Assembly: GCA_012719135.1 (NCBI GenBank) | Contig: JAAYAW010000003.1 | Span: forward strand, 819 to 64,818 | DNA: 64,000 bases | Origin: Chloroflexota bacterium | GTDB taxonomy: Bacteria; Chloroflexota; Anaerolineae; UBA1429 | Reading direction: 5' to 3' | Shown here: piece by piece, positions 1 to 8,165 of the stretch | Numbering within the stretch: position 1 is the first letter of the stretch | How the letters are laid out: each line of letters opens with the position of its first letter | Made by a program: the position numbers and the translations under genes | Notes under the pieces: generated by a model | Database searches by the model: none | Told to the model about the DNA's origin: nothing | Seen by the model: only the letters and a program-made list of their open reading frames with translations

Positions 1-699
1 GCGATCCTGCTCCACCAGGAACCACTCCACGCCCACTTCTTCGGCCGCCTCAAAGATGGACGCCCAGTTCAGGTTGCCCTCTCCGATCTCGCCGAACCGT
101 TGCTCGCGCTGTGGCGTGATCACCATATCCTTCAGGTGAAGGAGGGGCTGGCGCTTGCCGCAGTAGCGGATCCAGTAGGCCGGATCGGCGCCGCCGTGCT
201 GAACCCAGTAGGTGTCGATCTCGAGCTTGAGTTGCTCGGCGGTGCTGCCATCGACCATCATCTGGAACCAGGTGACGCCGCCGTACTTGGCGAACTCGTG
301 GCTGTGATTGTGGTAGGAAAAGTCCATGCCGGCCGAGGCCAGCTTGAGCGCCACCGGGGCGAGATCATCCAGGAACCGCTTGACGCCATCGGCCCCCTCA
401 TAACCGCGGAAGATGCCCCCGATAGCCGGATGGCTGCAATCCCATACTTGATGATCCTCGATGATGCCGTCCAGGTCCGTCATGAACCGCTCCCAGTCCA
501 TGTGGCTGGAGACGATTTTGAGCCCGTTATCGGCGGCAATCGCCCCGATCTCTTTGGCGGAGACATCCCCAAACCCGGATACCTGTATCGCGGTGTAGCC
601 GATCTTGGCCACCTTTTCCATGCTGGCCCGCACGCCGGCCCGGTCCTGGCAGAACTCGCGAACGGTGTACATCTGCGCGCCCACTACGTGTCTCTTCAT
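1..699 (-). CDS. Sugar phosphate isomerase/epimerase (xylose-isomerase-like TIM barrel), 3' end beyond the window edge
   Basis: Reverse-strand translation from ATG at 699 (MKRHVVGAQMYTVREFCQDRAGVRASMEKVAKIGYTAIQVSGFGD...), typical of the AP-endonuclease 2 / xylose isomerase-like fold. GGAGGT RBS sits upstream. The listed + ORF 100..957 is its antisense artefact. Confidence 0.7.
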   Translation of the reverse strand, partial: MKRHVVGAQMYTVREFCQDRAGVRASMEKVAKIGYTAIQVSGFGDVSAKEIGAIAADNGLKIVSSHMDWERFMTDLDGIIEDHQVWDCSHPAIGGIFRGYEGADGVKRFLDDLAPVALKLASAGMDFSYHNHSHEFAKYGGVTWFQMMVDGSTAEQLKLEIDTYWVQHGGADPAYWIRYCGKRQPLLHLKDMVITPQREQRFGEIGEGNLNWASIFEAAEEVGVEWFLVEQDR

Positions 700-789
700 T
701 GTGACCTCCTGGGTGGTTCTGGCAGCGCTCACAGCTCGAGCGTAACACATCGGCCGGCCGCGAACAAACGGTGGAGAAAGGTGAATGCG

Positions 790-2115
790 TCAGGGCATCA
801 GCCGGTTCTGAGCTCTGTGCAGCAAGGTGGCCTCCCGCAGGCTGGGGAGATCCAGCAGGAGCATCAGCATGCGGCCAAGGCCAAAGCCCAGACCCCCGTG
901 AGGGGGGCAGCCGTACCGGAAAAAGTCCAGGTAGAACCCGATCGATTCGGGGGATAGCCCCTTCTCCCGGGCCTGCTCCGCGAGCACCTCGTACCGGTGT
1001 TCTCGCTGCGCCCCCGTGGTGAGTTCCACGCCCTTCCAGATCAGGTCAAAGCTTCGCGTGATCGCCGGGTCGTCCGGCTGCCGCATGTGGTAGAACGGCC
1101 GCACCGAGACGGGGTAATCCGTCACAAAGACAAACTCGTGATCATGCTCGCGCCGGACGAGATCATAGAGCAGTCGCTCTCCTCCCGGGTCCAGATCGCC
1201 CGGGCGGCTATCGGCGGGCGGCCGGTAGCCAGCGGCAGCCAACGCTTCCTGAGCCGCGGCCATCCGGATGCGCGGGAAGGGCAGCGAAGGGACGCGGATC
1301 TCGACGCCGAACTGCTCCAGGATCGCCTCGCCATGCTTGTCGGCCACCTGGCTCAACACATGCTGCAGCCAGCTTTCCTCCATCTCCATCACGTCTTCGT
1401 GCGAGGTGATCCAAGAGATCTCCATGTCGATGGAGGTGAACTCGGCAGCGTGGCGCGTGGTCTGGGAGGGGTCGGCGCGAAAGACGGGCCCGATCTCAAA
1501 CACACGCTCGAGGCCGGCGGCGATGGCCATCTGCTTGTAGAACTGGGGGGATTGCGCCAGGTAGGCCGTCTGCCCAAAGTAGTTGAGCGCAAAAAGCTCC
1601 GCGCCGGATTCGCTCGGGCTGCCCATGATCTTGGGCGAGTGGATCTCCACAAAGCCGTTGTCGATCCAAAAGCCGCGCATGGCGTATTCGGCCGTCGTTT
1701 GAACATCGAGCAACAACTGATTCCGCGGGTGCCTCAGATCCAGAAAGCGCCAGTCCAACCGCTTTGAGAGGTTCGTCTCTGTGCGGCCAAAGATGTCGAT
1801 CGGCAGGGCAGGATCGGCGATGGACTCGATGGAGAGATCGGTGCACAGGATCTCCATGCCGCCCATGCGCACCCTGGGGTTGGCGACGAGCCGTCCCGTC
1901 AGGCTGATGGTGGACTCCTTGGTGAGCGCCGATACCTGCTCGTTGAGCCTCTGGTTATCCGCGCTTCGATCGATCACGACCTGGACCATCCCCGTGTGAT
2001 CGCGCACCACGAGAAACTGCACGACCTTTTGGTCTCGAATGGCGTGGACGTAGCCCTGTACCGTCACTTGCTGGTCCATCTGCCCGGACAGGTCGCGGAC
2101 AAGCGTGCGCTTCAA
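790..2115 (-). CDS. aspS: Aspartate--tRNA ligase, archaeal/type-2 (likely non-discriminating AspRS)
   Basis: About 440 aa class II aaRS with an N-terminal OB anticodon-binding domain and the FRADPSQTTRHAAEFTSIDME motif-2 region. The size fits type-2 AspRS. I place the start at TTG 2115, preceded by GGAGGGAGGG RBS (LKRTLVRDL...). The ORF-track M at 2148 is probably upstream of the real start. Confidence 0.8.
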   Translation of the reverse strand: MKRTLVRDLSGQMDQQVTVQGYVHAIRDQKVVQFLVVRDHTGMVQVVIDRSADNQRLNEQVSALTKESTISLTGRLVANPRVRMGGMEILCTDLSIESIADPALPIDIFGRTETNLSKRLDWRFLDLRHPRNQLLLDVQTTAEYAMRGFWIDNGFVEIHSPKIMGSPSESGAELFALNYFGQTAYLAQSPQFYKQMAIAAGLERVFEIGPVFRADPSQTTRHAAEFTSIDMEISWITSHEDVMEMEESWLQHVLSQVADKHGEAILEQFGVEIRVPSLPFPRIRMAAAQEALAAAGYRPPADSRPGDLDPGGERLLYDLVRREHDHEFVFVTDYPVSVRPFYHMRQPDDPAITRSFDLIWKGVELTTGAQREHRYEVLAEQAREKGLSPESIGFYLDFFRYGCPPHGGLGFGLGRMLMLLLDLPSLREATLLHRAQNRLMP

Positions 2116-2236
2116 CCTAATGCCCTCCCTCCGATCGCATTGCCACATAGTCTAGCACGGGCGCGGTGGAGAGACCAATCGCCCGTTGAGATCGATATCA
2201 CGATCGGTCTCCCGGCTATCGCCTCGCCGGTGGATG

Positions 2237-2245
2237 TGCTAGAAT
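2237..2245 (+). promoter_or_regulatory. Extended -10 promoter element TGcTAGAAT upstream of ridA
   Basis: An AT-rich TGnTAGAAT stands out in GC-rich intergenic DNA about 68 bp upstream of the ridA ATG. The same GTGCTA(N)AAT-type -10 recurs at 38225 and 60056. Confidence 0.35.
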
Positions 2246-2312
2246 GCCGTGGTCTGTTGGAGAGGGGGTGCCAACTCGCCCTCGCGTCCCGTTTGTACCC
2301 GTAGGAGGATAG

Positions 2313-2699
2313 ATGCACAGCGTCACGGCTGCCAACGCCCCAGCGGCTTTGGGACACTATAGCCACGCCATCGTATCCGGTGGCCTGGTCTTTGTGTCCG
2401 GTCAGTTGCCCATCAACCCTGAAAGTGGGGAGGTGGAAGCGGATACGATCGAAGGTCAGGTGGCTTGTTCACTCGACAACGTGTCCCGCATTCTCGCATC
2501 GGCCGGCAGTGGGATGGATCGGGTCGTCAAGGCGACGATCTTTATTAGTGATATGTCCCTCTTTAGCCGGGCGAATGCCGCCTACGCCGCGGCCTTTGGC
2601 GAGCACCGGCCGGCACGCTCAGCCGTGCCGACGTTGCTGTTGCCGCGCGGCGCGCTGGTCGAGATCGAGGTGATCGCCGAGGTGACGGCGGATGCTTGA
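2313..2699 (+). CDS. ridA: RidA/YjgF/TdcF family reactive-intermediate (enamine/imine) deaminase
   Basis: 128 aa; GHYSHAIVSGGLVFVSGQLP...VKATIFISDMSLF is typical of the YjgF/chorismate-mutase-like fold. The Shine-Dalgarno AGGAGG lies 6 nt upstream. Confidence 0.85.
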   Translation: MHSVTAANAPAALGHYSHAIVSGGLVFVSGQLPINPESGEVEADTIEGQVACSLDNVSRILASAGSGMDRVVKATIFISDMSLFSRANAAYAAAFGEHRPARSAVPTLLLPRGALVEIEVIAEVTADA

Positions 2700-3849
2700 G
2701 CGGCGGCCTGCTGAGCACTTTGTGTGCACCCGCTGTGGCGCACGGTACCCTCTCTCTGCACCGGTCTGGCGCTGCACCTGCGGAGGCCTGCTCGCCATCG
2801 CCTACACACCTCGCTTTGATCGGCGGCAGATCACTCGCCTGGGCCCAACCCTCTGGAGGTACCGCGATGCGCTGCCATTGCCCAAGGATGTGGACGCGGT
2901 CTCTCTGGGGGAGGGGTACACGCCGCTCTTACATGGGCGTGTGGCCGGCGTGCCCGTGTATCTCAAGCAGGATCACCTCTTTCCCACCGGATCATTCAAG
3001 GATCGGGGCGCGGCCGTACTCATCAGCCAAGCCGCCGCGTTGGGCGTCCGGCGGGTTGTCGAGGATTCGTCCGGTAACGCCGGCTCTGCCATAGCGGCCT
3101 ATGCGGCCCGCGCCGGGATAGCCTGCGATGTGTATGTGCCGGATGGGGCTTCGCCGGAGAAACTGGCGCAAATTCGGGCCTACGGCGCCCGGGTGCACCC
3201 CGTCGCGGGCGGCCGCTCGGCCGCAGCTGCGGCCGCACTTCAGGCGGTGGAGGCCACAGAACCACCGGGCCCCGCCTACTATGCCAGCCATGTCTGGAAT
3301 CCCTTCTTCTTGCACGGCACCAAGACCTTTGCCTTTGAGCTGTGGGAGCAGCTCAACTGGAAGGCCCCCGATACGGTCGTGCTTCCCGTCGGAAACGGCA
3401 GTCTGCTGCTGGGCGCCGCGTTGGGCTTTGAGGAGCTCGTGGCCGCCGGGATGATCTCGGCGCCTCCACGGCTTGTCGCCGTGCAGGCGGAGGCCTGCGC
3501 GCCGCTCGCGACGGCGTTCGACCAGGATGAAGGGCTCCCGGCGGCCGTGGGCGTTCAGCCGACGCTGGCGGAGGGGATCGCCGTGCCCGAGCCGGTGCGC
3601 GGGGCTCAAGTGCTGGCCGCCGTGCGGCGCACCGGCGGCCAGGTGATATCCGTCACGGAGGAGGAGATCGCCGCGGCGCTGCGAGCCTGGTGGCGCGTGG
3701 GGTATGCTCTCGAGCCCACCGCGGCGGCGGCGCTGGCCGGCCTCTCACGCTACGCCGCCCAGGGCGCCCGGCCCCGTGAAGTCATCGTTTCGGCCATCAC
3801 AGGCCATGGCCTGAAGGCCATGGGCCATGTCGCTGCGTTGCTCGACTGA
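2692..3849 (+). CDS. thrC: Threonine synthase-family PLP enzyme (fold type II) with N-terminal Cys4 zinc ribbon
   Basis: PTGSFKDRGAAV is the PLP-lysine motif and SSGNAGSAIAAYAARAG the glycine-rich motif. The N-terminus carries CTRCG...CTCG. The start overlaps the ridA stop (ATGCTTGA), indicating translational coupling. Confidence 0.75.
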   Translation: MLERRPAEHFVCTRCGARYPLSAPVWRCTCGGLLAIAYTPRFDRRQITRLGPTLWRYRDALPLPKDVDAVSLGEGYTPLLHGRVAGVPVYLKQDHLFPTGSFKDRGAAVLISQAAALGVRRVVEDSSGNAGSAIAAYAARAGIACDVYVPDGASPEKLAQIRAYGARVHPVAGGRSAAAAAALQAVEATEPPGPAYYASHVWNPFFLHGTKTFAFELWEQLNWKAPDTVVLPVGNGSLLLGAALGFEELVAAGMISAPPRLVAVQAEACAPLATAFDQDEGLPAAVGVQPTLAEGIAVPEPVRGAQVLAAVRRTGGQVISVTEEEIAAALRAWWRVGYALEPTAAAALAGLSRYAAQGARPREVIVSAITGHGLKAMGHVAALLD

Positions 3850-3858
3850 AGGAGCCGG

Positions 3859-4029
3859 ATGAAGCCAAACATTCAACGATACAGAGGTATGCGCACATCC
3901 CTCTGGATTGGGGCCGCGATCGCCCTTCTCCTGCGCTATGCCATGGGGGAGACCACCTGGCCCATCATCGTCATCGGCGCTTCACTGGTGATCGGGCTCG
4001 TGATCGATCTGGTGATACGGAAAGCCTGA
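3859..4029 (+). CDS. Small hydrophobic protein (56 aa), hypothetical
   Basis: ATG at 3859 is preceded by GGAGCC. It encodes MKPNIQRYRGMRTSLWIGAAIALLLRYAMGETTWPIIVIGASLVIGLVIDLVIRKA, which has two predicted TM segments. It is below the 60-aa ORF-track cutoff. Confidence 0.35.
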   Translation: MKPNIQRYRGMRTSLWIGAAIALLLRYAMGETTWPIIVIGASLVIGLVIDLVIRKA

Positions 4030-4060
4030 GGCATCGCTCCCTACGGGGGCCAGCCGTGGG

Positions 4061-4663
4061 CTAGGTTTCCGGTGTCTCCGGTGAGCGGGAAAGCAGCATC
4101 GCCAGGGCGCCCATCCAGAGTATCCCGCCTGTGCCAAAGCCAGCGGCGAGGTTCATCGGGTTGCGATGGATCGAAGGGATACCGGGCACCCAGATCATCG
4201 TGGCGATCGCCAGGGCCACGATGAGCAGCCCGGCGATTCCGTCGCCCGGAGCTTTGTGGATCGGTGCCAGCGCCACAAAGTGCAGCCCCACAATCAGGGC
4301 GGTGGCGGGCGCCACGTAGGCGTGGTTTGATGTCAAAAAGAGCGCTGCCGAGACCAGGGTGATCGCAAAGCCCTCCACGCGCAGGACCCAGTGAGCGTGC
4401 CCGGTCCGCCGCGCTCGCTCGGCACGCGCCTCGGGGGTCATTTCCTCGTCGGCTATCTGGGATGCGTGCTGCATCGCGCGGAACGACCCGATCAGGAGGA
4501 GGCCCGTGATGACGCCCAGGGCGACGGCTGCCCACGGCATCGCCACCGGCCTGAGCTCCACCAGGCCGAGCAGAGCCCACGCTGCGCCCAGGGCCGAGTA
4601 CAGCGCCGCACCACCGGCAGAGTGAAAAGCCAGGTAACGCCGTGGAAGAGCGGGGGGGGACAT
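4061..4663 (-). CDS. Integral membrane protein, hypothetical (about 5-6 TM helices)
   Basis: The 200-aa ORF is hydrophobic along its whole length. I recognised no family. Confidence 0.5.
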   Translation of the reverse strand: MSPPALPRRYLAFHSAGGAALYSALGAAWALLGLVELRPVAMPWAAVALGVITGLLLIGSFRAMQHASQIADEEMTPEARAERARRTGHAHWVLRVEGFAITLVSAALFLTSNHAYVAPATALIVGLHFVALAPIHKAPGDGIAGLLIVALAIATMIWVPGIPSIHRNPMNLAAGFGTGGILWMGALAMLLSRSPETPET

Positions 4664-4834
4664 TGAGCGGGCACCTCGAATCCGGGAACCTGCAGGCTTG
4701 ATAACCCGGCTATTCTAGCACTGTGAGCGGCGCCGGGCAACAGCGGAGCGGTTGGGCACGTGGGATGGCCAGTTGACTGGGCTGAGGCACTGCCGTAGAA
4801 TCGGCGTAACCAACACAAAACACCGGAGAGAGCG

Positions 4835-5041
4835 ATGGCAGAGGCAGATTCCGCTACCATACGTTATCATGACGAGTCCTGGGAGGCCGAAAGCGGCGTC
4901 ACCATTCATCGTGCGATCGAGCGAGTGGGCATCGACCCGCACTCTGTGCTCGCTATTCGCGGGAAAAAGCTTGTCACTCACCAGACGCTGCTGGAGCCGG
5001 AGGACGAGATACGCCTCGTCGACATTGTATCCGGAGGGTGA
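4835..5041 (+). CDS. ThiS/MoaD-family ubiquitin-like sulfur-carrier protein
   Basis: 68 aa ending ...VDIVSGG, the C-terminal Gly-Gly typical of ThiS/MoaD/CysO carriers. GGAGAGAG RBS sits upstream. Confidence 0.7.
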   Translation: MAEADSATIRYHDESWEAESGVTIHRAIERVGIDPHSVLAIRGKKLVTHQTLLEPEDEIRLVDIVSGG

Positions 5042-5131
5042 TGGCGCCCGCCGTAACCGGCGCGGGCATCGGTGCACAGGTCGGGATTTGTGCAGCGGGA
5101 CGCCTTCGCCGTGGCGCCCATCGGAGTGGGC

Positions 5132-5824
5132 ATGACTGAGCGCCAGCCGAGGCCGCGCACTTATCGCTACTATGATCTGATCGTCGCCGCCTTTGTGGCG
5201 GTCCTCCTCATCAGCAACATCGCTTCGACCAAGATCCTGGCTCTGGGCCCCTTCTCCTTCGATGGCGGCACGCTGCTGTTCCCGGTGAGCTATATCTTTG
5301 GCGATATCCTCACGGAGGTGTACGGCTATGCCCGGGGCCGCCGTGTCATCCATTGTGGCTTTGTGGCGGCGTTGACGATGGCCCTGACCTTTGCGCTCGT
5401 GGGGGCGCTGCCGCCCGCCAGGGGCTGGGAGAACCAGGCTGCCTACGAGGCCATCCTCGGCATGGCGCCGAGGATCGTCTCCGCTTCGCTCATTGCTTAC
5501 TTTGCCGGAAGCGTCGCCAACTCCTGGGTGCTCGCTCGCCTCAAGGTGCGGACGCGAGGACGCTGGCTCTGGCTCCGCACGATCTCCTCGACACTGGTGG
5601 GAGAAGGAATCGATACGCTGCTCTTTGTGGTGATCGCCTTTGGCGGCGTGCTCTCCGGCGACCTGCTGTCTGACGTGATCGTATCCAACTATGTCTTCAA
5701 GGTCGGTCTGGAGGTCCTGATGACTCCGCTCACCTACCGCATCGTCCATGCGCTCAAGCAGGCCGAGGACGAAGACTTTTACGACATACATACCGATTTC
5801 AACCCGCTTTCGACGCGCATCTGA
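5132..5824 (+). CDS. yhhQ: Queuosine-precursor transporter, YhhQ/DUF165 (VUT) family
   Basis: YYDLIVAAFVAVLLISNIASTKI...FPVSYIFGDILTEVYGY is a hallmark of YhhQ. I chose the start at the internal ATG 5132 (RBS GGAGTGGG); the ORF-track start at 5072 is probably too far upstream. Confidence 0.8.
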   Translation: MTERQPRPRTYRYYDLIVAAFVAVLLISNIASTKILALGPFSFDGGTLLFPVSYIFGDILTEVYGYARGRRVIHCGFVAALTMALTFALVGALPPARGWENQAAYEAILGMAPRIVSASLIAYFAGSVANSWVLARLKVRTRGRWLWLRTISSTLVGEGIDTLLFVVIAFGGVLSGDLLSDVIVSNYVFKVGLEVLMTPLTYRIVHALKQAEDEDFYDIHTDFNPLSTRI

Positions 5825-5883
5825 GCGCCGTGCGCCGCCGCTCGAACGGCGGATGGCGGAACACCTCCCGAAAGGATCGATCC

Positions 5884-6855
5884 ATGGATACCTGGTGGCC
5901 TGAGGTCCCTGCCTCTGAACAAGAGCCCGATATCGACGCCTCGCCGCTGTTTGCAGAAGAGTTGCCTGCTTCCCACCGCAGCGGCTTTGTGGCGTTGGTG
6001 GGCAAGCCCAACGTGGGCAAGTCCACGCTGCTGAATCGGTGGATGGGCGTGAAGGTAGCTGCCGTTACCTCCAAGCCCCAGACCACGCGGACGCGTCTGC
6101 TGGGCATCCTCACCCGCAACGACGCCCAGGTGATCTTTGTGGACACGCCGGGCGTGCACCGGCCTCGGACGGCACTGGGCGACTATATGGTGGCGGCGGC
6201 CGAATCCGCCGTGCCGGACGCCGACATCGTCCTGTTCATGGTGGACCTGTCTTCTCCGCCCGATGCGAACGATCGCCATGTGGCCGAGCTGGTGGCCCGT
6301 TTTGTCAACGTTCCCGCGATTCTGGTGATGAACAAGCGCGATCTGGTGTCCGGCGAACTCCTCGATGGGCGCGAGGCCGCCTACAGGGCGTTGGGGCAGT
6401 TCAGCCGGGAGGTGACGATCAGCGCCGAAGAGGGGCTCGGCACGGACGAACTGCTCTCACAGGTGATAGGCTATCTGCCGGAGGGTCCACGTTTTTACCC
6501 GCCGGACCAGCTGACCGATCAATCCGAGCGCTTTGTCGCCGCCGAACTGATCCGCGAGCAGGTGCTGCTCAACCTGCGTCACGAGGTTCCCCATGCGGTG
6601 GCCGTCATCGTGAGCGAGTTCGCACAGCGCCCGAACGGGATGCTGTTCATCGCGGCGGGCATCTATACGGAGCAGGATTCCCAGAAGGGGATCGTCATTG
6701 GCGCGCGAGGGGAAATGCTCAAGCGGATCGGCTCGGGCGCCCGCGTGGCGCTGGAGGCCTTCTTTGAGCAAAAGGTCTACCTGGATCTCTGGGTCAAGGT
6801 GCGCAAGAACTGGCGCTCGAACGAAAAGTACCTCAGGGAGCTGGGCTACCGCTGA
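5884..6855 (+). CDS. era: GTPase Era
   Basis: G1 motif GKPNVGKSTLLN, G3 DTPG and G4 NKRD are present, followed by a C-terminal KH domain. I chose the start at ATG 5884 after GAAAGGA. Confidence 0.9.
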   Translation: MDTWWPEVPASEQEPDIDASPLFAEELPASHRSGFVALVGKPNVGKSTLLNRWMGVKVAAVTSKPQTTRTRLLGILTRNDAQVIFVDTPGVHRPRTALGDYMVAAAESAVPDADIVLFMVDLSSPPDANDRHVAELVARFVNVPAILVMNKRDLVSGELLDGREAAYRALGQFSREVTISAEEGLGTDELLSQVIGYLPEGPRFYPPDQLTDQSERFVAAELIREQVLLNLRHEVPHAVAVIVSEFAQRPNGMLFIAAGIYTEQDSQKGIVIGARGEMLKRIGSGARVALEAFFEQKVYLDLWVKVRKNWRSNEKYLRELGYR

Positions 6856-6879
6856 GCTGTGGCTGCGAGGGCTCCAGGC

Positions 6880-7713
6880 CTAGAACAGGAGCAGGCTCAG
6901 GGCCATCACGGCCATACCGCCCATCAGGCCGTAGAGCGAATCGTGCCCCCGCCCATAGGTCCGTGAGGTAGGCAGCAACTCGTCCAGCGAGATGTAGATC
7001 ATCACCCCGGCCACACTCCCAAACAAAACGCCCATCAGCGCCGGAGTGATAAAGCGGCGCAGTACCACGTACCCCAGCAGCGCGCCCACAGGCTCCGCCA
7101 GCCCGGACAGCAAGGACCAGAGCAGGGCCCGCCGGCGGTTGCCTGTGGCGTAGTAGATCGGCACGGAGACGCTGATCCCCTCGGGGATGTTGTGCAGGGC
7201 GACGGCGAGCGCGATGCTCACGCCCAGCGCTGGATCCGCCAGCGCCGCAAGAAAGGTCACCATACCCTCGGGAAAGTTGTGGATGCCCACCGCCAGCGCT
7301 GTAAAGATGCCCGTGCGCTCCAGGTGCGCCGTGGGGCGTTCGTCCTCCGCGGGGATCGGGCAGAGATCGCCGACGCACGCCAGCTCCTCTTCTGACCGGG
7401 ACTCGTGCGGGTTATCCGCGTGCGGAATCAACTGGTCGATGATAAAGGTCAGCGCGATTCCGGCAAAGAACGAAGCCGTGGCCATCCATTCGGCGCCGTT
7501 GAGACTGTGGGCCGCGTCGATGGACTCTACGGCCTTGGGCAGGATCTCCACAAAGGACACATAGAGCATCACGCCGCCGGAGAATCCCGTGGCCCAGGAC
7601 AAGAACCGCATGTTGGTCTGCTTGGAAAAGAAAGCAATCAGGCTGCCGGCCCCGGTCGAAAGACCTGCGAAAGCTGTCAAGAGTAGTGCGGGCCAAAAGC
7701 CGCTCTCGGGCAT
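6880..7713 (-). CDS. zupT: ZIP-family zinc/divalent-metal transporter
   Basis: HNFPEGM...HNIPEGI are ZIP signature motifs and there are 8 TM segments. I chose the start at ATG 7713, preceded by AAGGAG. Confidence 0.85.
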   Translation of the reverse strand: MPESGFWPALLLTAFAGLSTGAGSLIAFFSKQTNMRFLSWATGFSGGVMLYVSFVEILPKAVESIDAAHSLNGAEWMATASFFAGIALTFIIDQLIPHADNPHESRSEEELACVGDLCPIPAEDERPTAHLERTGIFTALAVGIHNFPEGMVTFLAALADPALGVSIALAVALHNIPEGISVSVPIYYATGNRRRALLWSLLSGLAEPVGALLGYVVLRRFITPALMGVLFGSVAGVMIYISLDELLPTSRTYGRGHDSLYGLMGGMAVMALSLLLF

Positions 7714-8165
7714 GGCAGTACTCCTTGTGCCTGGTCCTCTTGCTGATTCGAACGGCGCTATTGTAGCATGGCCGCGGCCAGGCCGGAAAATGTGTCGCAC
7801 GCAGGACGCCACAATCGGCACGGGCCCGCTGGACGCGCCGCGTGAGCATCAGGGCGCCACGGTCGCAAGTCAGTAGGCCAGAAGGCGCCGCAGGAGGGGA
7901 CGAGGACTTGGCGCTCTAGCGCGACCGGGCCCCAGGGCTGTCCACCGGCCCGGTTGAGCTTTGCGCAAAGCGCAGTCTTGCCCGGCGGGCGGAGCGGCCG
8001 GTAACACCCGTCCCCGCGGGCAATGGGCCCCCAGAGAGGGCGCCGCGACGGTTCCAGACGTAACACCGGGGATGCCGTGCGCCACCGGGCATCGCGGAGC
8101 CAGATCTGGCTCGAGGCGTGCTGTACCAGGGGGGCGAAGGCGCCCCCCCATCACTCCTGCCGGCG

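Noticed and set aside
100-957. 285-aa + strand ORF at the window start
   Set aside because: It has no recognisable domains and low-complexity, Ala/Gly/Val-rich content typical of antisense translation in GC-rich DNA. The opposite strand encodes a clear sugar-phosphate isomerase with an RBS.
2116-2312. T-box leader upstream of aspS
   Set aside because: The available 5' region is under 200 nt and is shared with the ridA promoter. No specifier-loop or T-box (AATTAGGGTGGNACCGCG-like) sequence is present.
5042-5131. Possible preQ1 riboswitch upstream of the YhhQ queuosine-precursor transporter
   Set aside because: The leader is short (about 90 nt) and GC-rich, and it lacks the conserved A-rich tail and pseudoknot signature of preQ1-I/II. 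Only a generic GC hairpin follows the thiS-like stop.
4715-5791. 358-aa minus ORF spanning the thiS-like and yhhQ genes
   Set aside because: It is antisense to two genes with clear family signatures. It has no domains and an Arg/Pro-rich composition.
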